A DNA stretch of 64,000 bases, from contig NIVC01000275.1 of the NCBI GenBank assembly GCA_002269645.1, forward strand, positions 248,001-312,000, written 5' to 3'. Source of the DNA: Macrostomum lignano (lineage: Eukaryota). The position numbers were made by a program, and so were the translations under genes. Below are positions 1 to 13,699 of the stretch, in pieces. Each line of letters opens with the position of its first letter. The stretch's first letter is position 1. Under the pieces are notes generated by a model. It ran no database searches, had not been told where the DNA came from, and worked only from the letters and a program-made list of their open reading frames with translations.

Positions 1-1357
1 CATACATGTGGCACTCTTTCGTAGGCTGGGGCGTCTCCAACACCCATCGCTCTCGCAGCCCTGCGGACATCGGGGCATGCGGTGCAGAGAGAGCAGCGCC
101 GCAGAGCTGCCAATGAACCCATTAGATTAGTATCGCAAAGCTGAGGCTCTCGCCCAGCCTAATGGATGGAGAGGCACACGATTTGGTGCCTCGGGGCTGC
201 CAAACTGCTTGGCTTTGGAGGGCCGGGCTCTCAGGCAGTTAATTATGAAATTAGGTTACCGTCATTCTGGTACGAGGGATGCCCGAATATTCGGGAGTTG
301 AAAAGTACAATGCCGATAGGCTTCAAAACAGACCAGCGCTGCTCGGAGATGCCGGCGCGTGATGAAGGATCAGGTGAGCTCAGTTCCGGTTTCCTGGCCT
401 CATCACATCGTTGCCTTGAGCAGGGGCTTCACATTTGGCGGGATTTCTGTCTTTAAGATTCTGATTCACTGAGTTTCCTTTGAGACGGAGGATCACAATA
501 AGGACCGCCCGAGGCGCCTCCCTTTGGAAATTGGACGCCTTAGTGACTAGCTGATAGTGGCTGATTGAAAAAGCACTGAGGCACTCATTATTTGGCACGG
601 AGGGCCCTCTGGGATGAGTGCCGAGCCGAAACTGAAGCAATTCTTTGCTATTAAACTGGCAGATGAAGCATTAAATATCGTTAAATATTTATCAAGATGC
701 GTTGAAAGCACTCAGAATTCCAAATACGCTAGCATGCGAGTCCACTTCAAGCGAAACACATGCTTGCTTCATTTTAAATTCAGAAGTCCAGAAGGAAATA
801 TTCGATAATGAAAACAATTTATTGACTAAACTCTGCAAAATTAATAACTTCGCCTAATGCCGTATTACCATAGTAATAATAATTGCAGGGGTTATGGACA
901 CACGATTCTGTCCATTCCTCTGACTCCTGAACAGATGCAAGGGCGCCAATACTGTAGGCAGTCCGATCTCGTAAAAAATCAGCTACTACCGTCTGTCAAA
1001 GAGACTGTCGCTGGCTTTGATATTTTTTTTCCTTTGAATCTCGATTTCTTTCTTATAAAAACTGCATCATAAGTCCCGCTTAGCTTAAGGTGCCGTGCGC
1101 TGAAGGGCTGTCGCATCTCATTTGCGGCGCAGCTAGTTAAAGACTAGTTGGTCTGAAACAGCAGAAGACAGAATCAACCGAGGAGGGAGCACGGCAAGGC
1201 TGAACGAGTGCTGGCGCTCGCAAATGCACTTCATTACGCCAAGGACCACTGCGATGTAGAAGCTCTTCCTCTTGAGTAAGTGAAGCACCCCTTAAATTGG
1301 AAAGTGGCAAGTCGCAGATTCTCGCGAAGACACTTCAGAACTCGACACTGGAAAGTC

Positions 1358-1965
1358 TATTCTGTATTCTGTATTCTGTATTCTGTATTCTGTATTCTGT
1401 ATTCTGTATTCTGTATTCTGTATTCTGCATTCTGTATTCTGTATTCTGTATTCTGTATCCTGTATTCTGAATACTGCATTCTGTATTCTGTATTCTGCAT
1501 TCTGCATTCTGTATTCTGTATTCTGCATTCTGTATTCTGCATTCTGTATTCTGTATTCTGTATTCTGCATTCTGTATTCTGTATTCTGTATTCTGTATTC
1601 TGTATTCTGTATTCTGTATTCTGTATTCTGTATTCTGCATTCTGCATTCTGTATTCTGTATTCTGTATTCTGCATTCTGCATTCTGCATTCTGCATTCTG
1701 TATTCTGTATTCTGTATTCTGTATTCTGCATTCTGTATTCTGCATTCTGTATTCTGTATTCTGTATTCTGTATTCTGCATTCTGCATTCTGTATTCTGCA
1801 TTCTGTATTATGTATTCTGTATTCTGCATTCTGCATTCTGCATTCTGCATTCTGCATTCTGTATTCTGTATTCTGCATTCTGCATTCTGTATTCTGCATT
1901 CTGTATTCTGTATTCTGTATTCTGCATTCTGCATTCTGCATTCTGCATTCTGCATTCTGCATTCT
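1358..1965. repeat. 7-bp tandem array (TATTCTG/CATTCTG)n
   Basis: The repeat unit is directly visible and explains the repeat-derived ORFs at 1280-2149. Confidence 0.97.
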
Positions 1966-2221
1966 CATCGCATAATTTATTCCAGCCGAGGAACAGCAGC
2001 CTTAACTCGTGTCCGGAGAAAAAATACATTAAGCTTGGGAATTCTTCCCACTGCATGGCGGATCCCCTGCCCTTATTGGCTGCCCGCCCAGCCGAGGCCG
2101 ATTTGGTCGGAGAAGAGGCTGGTAGACAATCCCCGTTTTTAAAGCCCACCCGCTTCCGTGGCCGACCCGAAATCGCTCAGCCTCCTCCGGTCCCAGCCTG
2201 CCATTCACAAGCTCCAGGCGC

Positions 2222-5200
2222 ATGGACCCGAACTCAAGTCTGCCTTGGGCCAACTTCTGCCAGCCTGATGGCGCCAACGACTCCTTCAGCGACGCCGAGC
2301 GCAACTTCATCCTGGTGACGGACGTGGCTCTGTCCTCGGTCATCTCCGCCATGGGCGTCATGCTCAATGCGCTGTCCATCGCGGTGCTGCAGCGAGACGT
2401 TCGCAAGTCCTCCATGAGTGTACTGCTGCTAGCCCTTTCCATCTGTGAGCCTGGGGAATGACAGGGGAACTTTCATATGCTACATTATTGTCAACCAATC
2501 TGTCCATGTCTACCAAACTGTCCAACTGTCTACCAATCTGTCCACCTGTCCACCAATCTGTCCATGCCTACCAAACTGTCCAACTGTCTACCAATCTGTC
2601 CCCCTGTCTACCAATCTGTCCACCTGTCCACCAATCTGTCCATGCCTACCAAACTGTCCAACTGTCTACCAATCTGTCCCCCTGTCTACCAATCTGTCCA
2701 CCTGTCCACCAATCTGTCCACCTGTCCTCCAATCTGTCCAACTGTCCACCAATCTGTCCACCTGTCCACCAATCTGTCCACCTGTCCACCAATCTGCCCA
2801 CCTGTCCAACAATCTGTCTACTTGTCCACCAAATTTTCCAACTGTCCATCAATCTGTCCACCTGTCCACCAATTCGCTTATCTATTCACCAATCTGTCCA
2901 TCTATTCACCAATCTGTCCATCTATTCTTAAACCTCTCCATCTATTCACCAACTTTCCACCTGCTCACATGCCTCTCTGTCCAGAAACTATAGCTTTGAT
3001 TGATTAATATTTCCAGTCCCGGACACAGTCTGCCAGTGTCCTCAAACACACTGCAGACACAACTCCCTCCGGACACAGTCTGCCAGTGTCCTCACACACA
3101 CTCCAGACACAACTCCCCCGGACACAGTCTGCCAGTGTTCTCAAACACACTGCAGACACAACTCCCCCGGACACAGTATACCAGTGTCCTCACACACACT
3201 CCAGACACAACCTCACCCCGGACACAGTCTGCCAGTGTCCTCACACACACTCCAGACACAACCTCACCCCGGACACAGTCTGCCAGTGTCCTCACACACA
3301 CTCCAGACACAACCTCACCCCGGACACAGTCTGCCAGTGTCCTCACACACACTCCAGACACAACCTCACCCCGGACACAGTCTGCCAGTGTCCTCAAACA
3401 CACTCCAGACACAAACTCCCCCCCGGACACAGTCTGCCAGTGTCCTCAAACACACTCCAGACACAAACTCCCCCCGGACACAGTCTGCCAGTGTCCTCAA
3501 ACACACTCCAGACACAAACTCCCCCCCCGGACACAGTCTGCCAGTGTCCTCAAACACACTCCAGACACAAACTCCCCCCCCGGACACAGTCTGCCAGTGT
3601 CCTCAAACACACTCCAGACACAAACTCCCCCACCGGACACAGTCTGCCAGTGTCCTCAAACACACTCCAGACACAAACTCCCCCCCCGGACACAGTCTGC
3701 CAGTGTCCTCAAACACACTCCAGACACAAACTCCCCCCCCGGACACAGTCTGCCAGTGTCCTCAAACACACTCCAGACACAAACTCCCCCCCGGACACAG
3801 TCTGCCAGTGTCCTCAAACACACTCCAGACACAAACTCCCCCCCCGGGCACAGTCTGCCAGTGTCCTCAAACACACTCCAGACACAACTCCTCCCGGACA
3901 CAGTCTGCCAGTGTCCTCAAACACGCTCCAGACACAAATTCCCGCACACCAGAGCAAGCCAGGGCGAACAGTGGCAGTCAGACTAGTCAAGAAACTCGAA
4001 ATCGACAGCAGTTTATATGTTAATAAGTACACGATGATGAGGCGAATTTCTGAACCCCATCAGCTTCTCTTTCTTCAATCGTTTTCCCCAAGGGGATTTG
4101 CTGCCGCTTCGATCAAAAATCAGCAACTAGTGAAGCCTGCGCGGGAAATTTCTGTAGCCAGAGAGGAGAGGGAGAAGTCAACCGGCGCGGAAAGGAGGAG
4201 AGAACCTCGCTAATTCGAGCTGCTAACCCTCTTTATTTGGCAGCAAGATCCCCAAAGCCAGTCAGTCAGTTTCTGTGCACCGCACTAATCCCGTGTTTAT
4301 TCTGTCGCTGGGGCAAAAACATCTTCTATAGTACAGATCGGAGAGATGAGTTCTGCCATGAAAGCTTGCAAAAAAGCTATGGTTTACGAGCTAATCTGCT
4401 CCTTCCATTTTTTATCAAAAGTTTTTACAAATTCTCACAATAAGCTGAGCTACAGTGCCACAGATAATCTCTTTCCGAGCGTCGAAAAAAGATTGCAAGT
4501 CTGCTAACTGTTTCGCTGGGAAAGGAAGCATAGGCAAGTAGGAAAACAGTTTGCGTCCACCTCCTGAACTGGAGTTGCACTAAACTGAAAACTAGTCCTG
4601 ATTGGACAGCACCTCAAGCTGAAGAAGAGAGAGAGGAGCCAGAATTGGGTGGCTGTCAACTCACCCAGTCCTGATTGGACAGCACCTCAAGCTGGAGAAG
4701 AGAGAGAGGAGCCAGAATGGGGTGGCTGTCAACTCACCCAGTTCTGATTGTACAGCACTTCAAGCTGGAGAAGAAAGAGAAGAGCCAGAATGGGGTGGCT
4801 GTCAAACAGTCCTGATTGGATAGCACCTCAAGCTGAAGAAGAGAGAGGAGCCAGAATTGGGTGGCTGTCAACTCACCCAGTCCTGATTGGACAGCACCTC
4901 ACAATGGGGCAGAGAGAGAGGAGCCAGAATGGGGTGGCTGTCAACTCACCCAGTCCTGATTGGACAGCGCCTCACGCTGGGGAAGAGAGAGAGGAGCCAG
5001 AATGGGGTGGCTACCAGATCGCCCAGTCCTGATTGGACAGCGCCTCACACTGGGGCAGAGAGAGAGGGGCCAGTTTGCGATGGCTGCCAGATCGCTCTAG
5101 GCCTTTTCTGGCAATATAGCTATTCAATTTAAAGGTTCCACGAAGCTGTGCGAGCGATGAAAGGATGTTTTCAAATTTTCTGTTTTCCAATGAGCAATGA

Positions 5201-8200
5201 AGGAATCGTTATTTTTCTATTTATTTTTACCCAATTCTACAAAAATTGCGACGGAAACTCATTTAAAAATTAAAGCCTTAGACAGATATTTTTCTGGAAT
5301 TTTCAGTAAAAAATATTTCGTCTGTTTGTCTAAAACTAAAAATAGATATTTTTTAAAACTCTGAGGCTCGTTAAAATTTTTACTGCTCGCAATTTTTAGC
5401 CCAGTTGTTTTGAATAACAATTTCTGCAGGATATTATTTTTTTTGTCTGGCACTAGGGCTTCGCAATATTTTCTTGACAAAACTTCACCACTTTTTCATT
5501 CAATAAAAATATACGAGCGTAAACTTGTCTGACAATCCCATGTCTGACAACCCCATGTCTGACAATCCCATGTCTGACAATCCCATGTCTGACAATCCCA
5601 TGTCTGACAATCCCATGTCTGACAATCCCATGTCTGACAATCCCATGTCTGACAATCCCATGTCTGACAATCCCATGTCTGACAATCCCATGTCTGACAA
5701 TCCCATGTCTGACAATCCCATGTCTGACAATCCCATGTCTGACAATCCCATGTCTGACAATCCCATGTCTGACAATCCCATGTTGTCTGACAATCCCATG
5801 TCTGACAATCCCATGTTGTCTGAAAATCCCATGTTTGACAATCCCATGTCTGACAATCCCGTGTCTGACAATCCCTGACAATCCCACGTCTGACAATCCC
5901 GCGTCTGACAATCTCATGTCTGAAAATCCCATGTCTTACAATCCCAAGTCTGACAATTTAATGTCTGACATAGTCTGACAATCCCATGTTTGACAATCCC
6001 AAGTCTGAAAATCCCATGTCGACAATTCTGTAACTGACAATCCCGAGTCTGACAATCCCGAGTCTGACAATCCCGAGTCTGACAATCCCGAGTCTGACAA
6101 TCCCGAGTCTGACAATCCCGAGTCTGACAATCCCGAGTCTGACAATCCCGAGTCTGACAATTTAATGTCTGACATAGTCTGACAATCCCATGTTTGACAA
6201 TCCCAAGTCTGAAAATCCCATGTCGACAATTCTGTAACTGACAATCCCGAGTCTGACAATCCCGAGTCTGACAATCCCGAGTCTGACAATCCCGAGTCTG
6301 ACAATCCCGAGTCTGACAATCCCGAGTCTGACAATCCCGAGTCTGACAATCCCGAGTCTGACAATCCCGAGTCTGACAATCCCGAGTCTGACAATCCCGA
6401 GTCTGACAATCCCGAGTCTGACAATCCCGAGTCTGACAATCCCGAGTCTGACAATCCCGAGTCTGACAATCCCGAGTCTGACAATCCCGAGTCTGACAAT
6501 CCCGAGTCTGACAATCCCGAGTCTGACAATCCCGAGTCTGACAATCCCGAGTCTGACAATCCCGAGTCTGACAATCCCGAGTCTGACAATCCCGAGTCTG
6601 ACAATCCCGAGTCTGACAATCCCGAGTCTGACAATCCCGAGTCTGACAATCCCGAGTCTGACAATCCCGAGTCTGACAATCCCGAGTCTGACAATCCCGA
6701 GTCTGACAATCCCGAGTCTGACAATCCCGAGTCTGACAATCCCGAGTCTGACAATCCCGAGTCTGACAATCCCGAGTCTGACAATCCCGAGTCTGACAAT
6801 CCCGAGTCTGACAATCCCGAGTCTGACAATCCCGAGTCTGACAATCCCGAGTCTGACAATCCCGAGTCTGACAATCCCGAGTCTGACAATCCCGAGTCTG
6901 ACAATCCCGAGTCTGACAATCCCGAGTCTGACAATCCCGAGTCTGACAATCCCGAGTCTGACAATCCCGAGTCTGACAATCCCGAGTCTGACAATCCCGA
7001 GTCTGACAATCCCGAGTCTGACAATCCCAAGTCTGACAATCCCAAGTCTGACTTTGACCTGTGTCTATCCAAGCATCTCGTGATTAATTACCCTAACCAC
7101 CAGCTGTCTGTCGCAAGAATTACAGCCAACTCAGTCACCAGTCGATCAGCTGGATCCCCCGGGGTGCATGGAAATTGAAAAATTGCGCGCAGCATTGATG
7201 GAGAGGAGCGCGGAGGCTGTGGCCGGAGTAGGGGTGGTTGAGACTGAGAGATGGAGAGCTGTAAATTATTCAGCAGAGGTTGAGCTGGGAGCAGACACGC
7301 CGGCTCTGCGTAGGCCGGTTCTGCCAGCAGCTGGGAGGTCTGGATGAAGCGGACCTTCCACAGTGCACAGCAGAGCCCATCAAGAGTACGGCCGGGACAG
7401 TGCCAGAGGGGGGGTTACGCACGCCCCCAGCAACTAAAAAGTCTTGAAAAAGTCCAAGAAAGACTGTTTCACCTGCGTTGAAGATTAACAGTGGACCTGT
7501 TACTCTTTGGCTGCCTAATTGCTTAGGCCGGGTGCTGCTGGGCAGGCTGACAGGCCGAAAAAAATAGGGGAAGGAGCGGAAGGGAGAGAGAGGGAAGAGA
7601 GAGGATGAGAGTAGATACATAGAGTCCTTACGAGGAAGATGGACAGAGAATGAGGCAGATGAAAGGAGAGTGGGGGAGATGAACAGAGAGTGAGGGAGAT
7701 GAACAGAGAATGAGGGAGATGAAAGGAGAGTGAGGGAGATGAACAGAGAGTGAGGGAGATGAACAGAGAGTGAGGGAGATGAACAGAGAATGAGGGAGAT
7801 GAACAGAGAGTGAGGGAGATGAACAGAGAGTGAGGGAGATGAACAGAGAATGAGGGAGATGAACAGAGAGTGAGGGAGATGAACAGATAATGAGGGAGAT
7901 GAACAGAGAATGAGGGAGATGAACAGAGAGTGAGGGAGATGAACAGAGAGTGAGGGAGATGAACAGAGAATGAGGGAGATGAACAGAGAGTGAGGGAGAT
8001 GAACAGATAATGAGGGAGATGAACAGATAATGAGGGAGATGAACAGATAATGAGGGAGATGAACAGAGAATGAGGGAGATGAACAGAGAGTGAGGGAGAT
8101 GAACAGATAATGAGGGAGATGAACAGATAATGAGGGAGATGAACAGAGAATGAGGGAGATGAACAGAGAGTGAGGGAGATGAACAGAGAGTGAGGGAGAT

Positions 8201-11200
8201 GAACAGAGAGTGAGGGAGATGAAAGGAGAGTGAGGGAGATGAAAGGAGAGTGGGGGAGATGAACAGAGAGTGAGGGAGATGAACAGAGAGTAAGGGAGAT
8301 GAACAGAGAGTGAGGGAGATGAACAGAGAGTGAGGGAGATGAACAGAGAGTAAGGGAGATGAACAGAGAGTGAGGGAGATGAAATGAGAGTGAGGGAGAT
8401 GAACAGAGAATGAGGGAGATGAACAGAGAGTGAGGGAGATGAACAGAGAATGAGGGAGGGCAAAGAGGCCGTGTGGAGAGGCGCAAAAGAAGCGGGAAGG
8501 GTCAACGAGGCGGAAGTCGCAGGAGGAGCTCCGGTGTGCAAGAAAAATTGCATTTCCCAAAGCCAAATTGTGGGTGCCAGACCAAGCCGCGAGGGGCAGC
8601 AACAGCGGTCCTCAGCTTGCACTTTCGTCCAGGCATTCCAAGGACTCCCCGACTCGCTGCCTTTCCCCATTCACGGAGCCCGTCAGGACTGGCCGGACCC
8701 CCCGCTGTTGCACCCCATGCAACTGTTTCCCCGGGGCTGCTAAGGGTCACCGGTCCCGAGCCAACTGGTGATCCCAATCCCAAAGCATGTCGCCTCTTTC
8801 CCCAAACGCTAAATACTTTTTGCTTTTGCTATTTCAGCTCCTTGCAGCCCCACTTCAGCTGTTAGGCTGTAAAATGGAAACATAAGGAAGTTTTGTTGCA
8901 GGACTAAACTTGAAAACTCTACAGTCGACCTTGGGTGTCCTTTGGAGTTTCTTTTTAGTATGATTCGCGTCAGTTGAACAATTTCAACTCTTTTGTACTA
9001 TCGAAAGCTTTATTGATATCTACTGTGCTGCATGCTTGTTATTAGTTATTGATTTTATGAACTGAATTATATTATCACTGCTATCGTAGCTAAGCGTTAT
9101 GATAGTACAGTGAAATGTCAACCCACAAGGCACCGTGTGTAAAGCCAGGGCTGCTCGCTGTACACCCTGTATGAGCTGTGCGTATCTGTGTCCTCGGCTG
9201 CTGTACACCCTGTGTGAGCTGTGTGTATCTGTGTCCTCGGCTGCTGTACACCCTGTATGAGCTGTGCGTATCTGTGTCCTCGGCTGCTGTACACCCTGTA
9301 TGAGCTGTGCGTATCCGTGTCCTCGGCTGCTGTACACCCTGTGTGAGCTGTGCGTATCTGTGTCCTCGGCTGCTGTACACCTTGTGTGAGCTGTGCGTAT
9401 CTGTGTCCTCGGCTGCTGTACACCCTGTGTGAGCTGTGCGTATCTGTGTCCTCGGCTGCTGTACACCCTGTATGAGCTGTGCGTATCCGTGTCCTCGGCT
9501 GCTGTACACCCTGTGTGAGCTGTGCGTATCTGTGTCCTCGGCTGCTGTACACCCTGTGTGAGCTGTGCGTATCTGTGTCCTCGGCTGCTGTACACCCTGT
9601 GTGAGCTGTGCGTATCTGTGTCCTCGGCTGCTGTACACCCTGTGTGAGCTGTGCGTATCTGTGTCCTCGGCTGCTGTACACCCTGTATGAGCTGTGCGTA
9701 TCTGTGTCCTCGGCTGCTGTACACCCTGTATGAGCTGTGCGTATCTGTGTCCTCGGCTGCTGTACACCCTGTGTGAGCTGTGTATCTGTGTCCTCGGCCG
9801 CTGTACACCCTGTGTGAGCTGTGTATCTGTGTCCTCGGCTGCTGTACAGCCTGTGTGAGCTGTGTGTATCTGTGTCCTCGGCTGCTGTACACCCTGTGTG
9901 AGCTGTGTATCTGTGTCCTCGCCGCCTCGCCGCCGCCGGCTCGGGTCACTGCACAAGAAATAATTACTACTAGAGAAAGTTTTGAAGAAAACTTCAAAGC
10001 AAATTTGAGCTCAATTTTTTGCGTCTCGAAATAGTTTGTCTGTTGCTCAGTTGTTGCTATGCTGATCTGAGTGAAGTTCGAGTGGAAAAGCAATCGCAAA
10101 AAGTTCCTGTTGAACTTGGGACTCAACAAATCGTGACTGTCTGACCAACGAGCACTTGTCCACTACAATTTCCATGGTTACCTGGGCCAAGATTTTCCAT
10201 TGCTCAATATTCTTGAACAGATTTTTTCATGGCATGTTTCTTCATCTGCTGCATAGGTATCTAACCACAGTATTCTCCCAACTCAACAAAATTCTCCCAA
10301 CTCAACAAAATTCTCCCAACTCAACAAAATTCTCCCAACTCAACAAAATTCTCCCAACTCAACAATATTCTCCCAACTCAACAAAATTCTCCCAACTCAA
10401 CAATATTCTCCCAACTCAACAAAATTCTCCAAACTCAACAATATTCTCCCAACTCAACAAAATTCTCTCAACTCAACAATATTCTCCCAACTCAACAAAA
10501 TTCTCCCAACTCAACAATATTCTCCCAACTCCAAAATTCTCCTAATTTCTCAATATTCTCCCAACCCCTTAATATTTGGTCCCAATAAACAATATCCTTG
10601 CGTCAGGCATTTGCCAAACCTGATTAAGAAATTGTTTTCAGTTGAATGTTCAAATTTCAAATCAAGCTGCCACCCCAAAACCCGCAGTCGACATGGTGTT
10701 AATCGCCCTGTCGGCCCCCTACACGGTGGTGTACATGGGCCTCGGCGTGCTCGTGCGCACAGAGGACGGGTCGACCCTGCAGAGCCTGCTGAACACCCTG
10801 CCGGCGGTGCAGACGGCCCTGCCGCTAGTCTGGTACCTGGGCAGCGTGGCCCGCACCGGCCGCAACTGGGTGATTCTGATCGTGGCTCTGGACCGCTTCA
10901 TGGTGGTGCAGAACCCCTTCCTGTCAAGCCGGCGCAGCAACCCGCGCCGTTCCCGCCTGTACGCGAGCGGCGCCACGACGCTGGCGCTGGTGTACAATGT
11001 GCCGCTGCTGTTCGAGTTCACGCTGGCGCCCTCCGGATGCCCCCCGGTGCTGAGCAGCAAAGCCATGCCCGAACGCTTCGGCGACGCGTACATGCTGGTG
11101 TACAAGAAGATCATGTACCTGGCCTTCCTGTCCGTAGGCCCCGTGCTGTGGCTGCTGGTGTTCAACGTGCTGCTCATCCGCAGCCTGCTGGTGGCCTCCC

Positions 11201-11679
11201 GCATCCGGGCTGCCATCACGCGGGAGGCCACTCGGCGCACAGAGGACACGAAGATGCTGGTGGTCATCATTGCAGTGTTCCTGGCCACCGAGACCCCCGG
11301 CGCCATCTGGCATGTGCTGCTGGACACTTCGTTCGAGAAAGGCACCTGGTTCTATTCGTACTTCTACTCGCTGGCCACCCTGCTCACGCTGCTCAACTCG
11401 GCGGTGAACTTCTTCATCTACTGCGTCTGGAGCCGCAACTTCCGGCGCAACATGATCTACATGATGAAGCGGCGGCCGAAACCGCCGGCCAGAGTTGTCC
11501 GGTTCGAGTCGGACTCGGACAGGAGCCAGACCAGGCAGATGCTGCTGATGACGCAGCGGCCAACTGGCCGGATCCAGGCGGCGCTGCTGAACCACTGCGA
11601 CAACGGCGGCGGCAGCCTTCGCCGGCAACAGCAGCAGCAGGTCTGCGGAAGCGTTCGAAAGCAGCTGCGCTTTCAATGA
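2222..11679 (+). CDS. Class A (rhodopsin-like) neuropeptide GPCR, FMRFamide/myosuppressin/sex-peptide-receptor-like; 2 exons: 2222-2444, 10688-11679 (404 aa)
   Basis: Donor T|GTGAG at 2445 and acceptor CCCGCAG|TC at 10687 join in phase 1 to give TM2 LLALSIFDMVLI (LxxxD). Other motifs: TM1 GVMLN, TM3 ALDRF, TM5 GP-LLVFN, TM6 FLATETP, TM7 NSAVNFFIY..SRNFR. There is no Cys at the top of TM3, which is common in this receptor group. Total 1215 nt. Confidence 0.92.
2490..2960. repeat. Degenerate ~20-bp minisatellite (CCACCAATCTGTCCACCTGT-like), GPCR intron
   Basis: Repeated CCAATCTGTCCA/CCTGT modules. Confidence 0.9.
3016..3945. repeat. ~51-bp minisatellite (GGACACAGTCTGCCAGTGTCCTCAAACACACTCCAGACACAA...CCC)
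   Basis: About 18 visible units with a variable C-run. Confidence 0.95.
4594..5070. repeat. ~73-bp minisatellite (AGTCCTGATTGGACAGCACCTC...GGGTGGCTGTCAACTCACCC)
   Basis: Unit starts at 4594, 4667 and 4740 (period 73). Confidence 0.92.
5526..7051. repeat. 15-bp array GTCTGACAATCCC(AT/GA) with two sequence blocks
   Basis: CCCAT variant 5526-5940; CCCGA variant 6040-7025. Confidence 0.97.
7640..8457. repeat. 20-bp array GATGAACAGAGAGTGAGGGA
   Basis: The period is directly visible. Confidence 0.96.
9150..9920. repeat. 43-bp array CTGCTGTACACCCTGTGTGAGCTGTGCGTATCTGTGTCCTCGG
   Basis: Unit starts at 9241 and 9284 (period 43). Confidence 0.96.
10271..10565. repeat. 19-bp array ATTCTCCCAACTCAACAAA
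   Basis: Unit starts at 10272, 10291 and 10310. Confidence 0.95.
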
Positions 11680-12158
11680 AGATCTCCGACGAGTATTTGA
11701 CTTGCCATGGACATTGCCATGGACATTGCCATGGACATTGTTAAACAGCCGGTCAAGCACCATTAAAACACCAGTAAACACTTAAATATGAATTTTGTAC
11801 AGATTTTGTTCCGCCATTGACTAACTATGTACTAACCGTTGCCGATTCTGCTTAACTTGCACAGTGAATGACGGGGAATGCGCTAGCCCACTCAACTAGC
11901 AATCCTCCTTAGATGTCTTCATTAGAATTCCCATAAAAGATCAAACAAGAAGTTAGGAAGTTATCAAATTTCAATTTAGTTTACCAGTTTCAAAAATTTC
12001 AAAAAAAATTTTTGAGTTTGCTACGCGCACTCGTGACGAGTTAATGAGACTCAACACTTAGTGTCAATCCATCATTAAAGTAATTATTGCTGTTCCGTGA
12101 AATTTTTCGAAATCTTTCACATGTTGCTTCACGCTTTGCTCTGTTGTTGTGTCCGGTG

Positions 12159-12620
12159 TATTGAGAGTGTACATTGAGAGTGTACATTGAAAGTGTACAT
12201 TGAGAGTGTACATTGAGAGTGTACATTGAGAGTGTACATTGAAAGTGTACATTGAGAGTGTACATTGAGAGTGTACATTGAGAGTGTACATTGAGAGTGT
12301 ACATTGAGAGTGTACATTGAAAGTGTACATTGAGATTGTACATTGAGAGTGTACATTGAGAGTGTACATTGAGAGTGTACATTGAAAGTGTACATTGAGA
12401 GTGTACATTGAAAGTGTACATTGAAAGTGTACATTGAGAGTGTACATTGAGAGTGTACATTGAGAGTGTACATTGAAAGTGTACATTGAAAGTGTACATT
12501 AAGATTGTACATTGAGAGTGTACATTGAGAGTGTACATTGAGAGTGTACATTGAAAGTGTACATTGAGAGTGTACATTGAAAGTGTACATTGAAAGTGTA
12601 CATTGAGAGTGTACATTGAG
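12159..12620. repeat. 13-bp array TGTACATTGAGAG
   Basis: The period is directly visible. Confidence 0.96.
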
Positions 12621-13699
12621 AGTAAATCGAGAGTTTACATAGGGGCCATTGAGCGATCCAGCAAATAAAGGCCAATGTATACAATGTAAATATTTTAATA
12701 TCAGTTACAATATTTTGTGAAGAATGTCTAGTAGATCTATGCATCTATGCACTATTGTGTCCTAGTGGTCCTTGTATTGTGTAATGAGTATTACAATTTT
12801 CACAAATATTATATTACAATTGCAATGTTGTAAGATACTATATGGTGTAACCTAACCTGATGCGCACGGTTCAAGGACCACTAGAATATTATTAACAACT
12901 TTGCCTTTATCGAAAAATGTCAACATGGGAATTCAAGCGTTATTCTAGCAGTCCTTGACCACCGAGTTCTTGGCAGCGAACGCCCACCAACGCCTCTGCA
13001 GATTGTCTGTTGTGTGGAAAATTTCATGTATAATTAAATTGAGCAAAATAAAGGCAAACTTGCATCGTCGATAATTCAAAAAATTTTTCGGCTCGACTTT
13101 TCTCGCACACAGCAAAAATTCGCCAATTCTCAGGGGTGAACACAATAATCAAGAATTCTCTCCACCAGACTGGAGCTGCACTTCTAGCTTGCATTTGGCC
13201 AAACACAGCCAGCTCAGGAGGGATTTAATGAAATTACCCCAACAGTCAGTCCAACCCTCTCGCTAGCAATCCTGTCTTTTCAAGCAACCCCAGATAAGTT
13301 TCTCCAGAAAAAAACGCAAAAAGGGAAAACTACAGCTTAGCGGATTACTGACTGGATGCGTTTTTCCGGCTGAATTCCAATGCGCTGATAAAGTACATCC
13401 AGTCAGGACTGCATGTCTGGCTGAACAAACTATCAAACATCAAAGTTACTCTACGCTTGCAACAACTACAACTACAAAGATATTGTAGAGTTAAGGCTTT
13501 GCGTTTAGTGTGCTTACAGACCTCCTGTATTTTTTAAATAAACTGTTTGCGTGCTTTTATTTGTAAAATAAATACAAAATTATTAATATGAGGCTAACCG
13601 ATATCTCAAAAATATAGAAATATTTGAAGTTTTTAATATATATTTTGAATATATTTGAATATATACTTTGAAGATGTCCTTGAGAGTCGAGGGTCTTGG

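Noticed and set aside
1-1350. Short ORFs at 166-456, 380-640, 614-808 and 857-1072
   Set aside because: No recognisable domains, codon bias or consistent splice structure.
1280-9956. Many long ORFs (e.g. 5936-7072, 7270-8670, 3000-4213, 9020-10129)
   Set aside because: They are translations of tandem arrays lacking stop codons, open in several frames and on both strands, and most lie in the GPCR intron.
10611-11781. Overlapping alternative-frame and antisense ORFs over GPCR exon 2
   Set aside because: These are expected by-products of high GC3 codon usage; only one frame has 7TM motifs.
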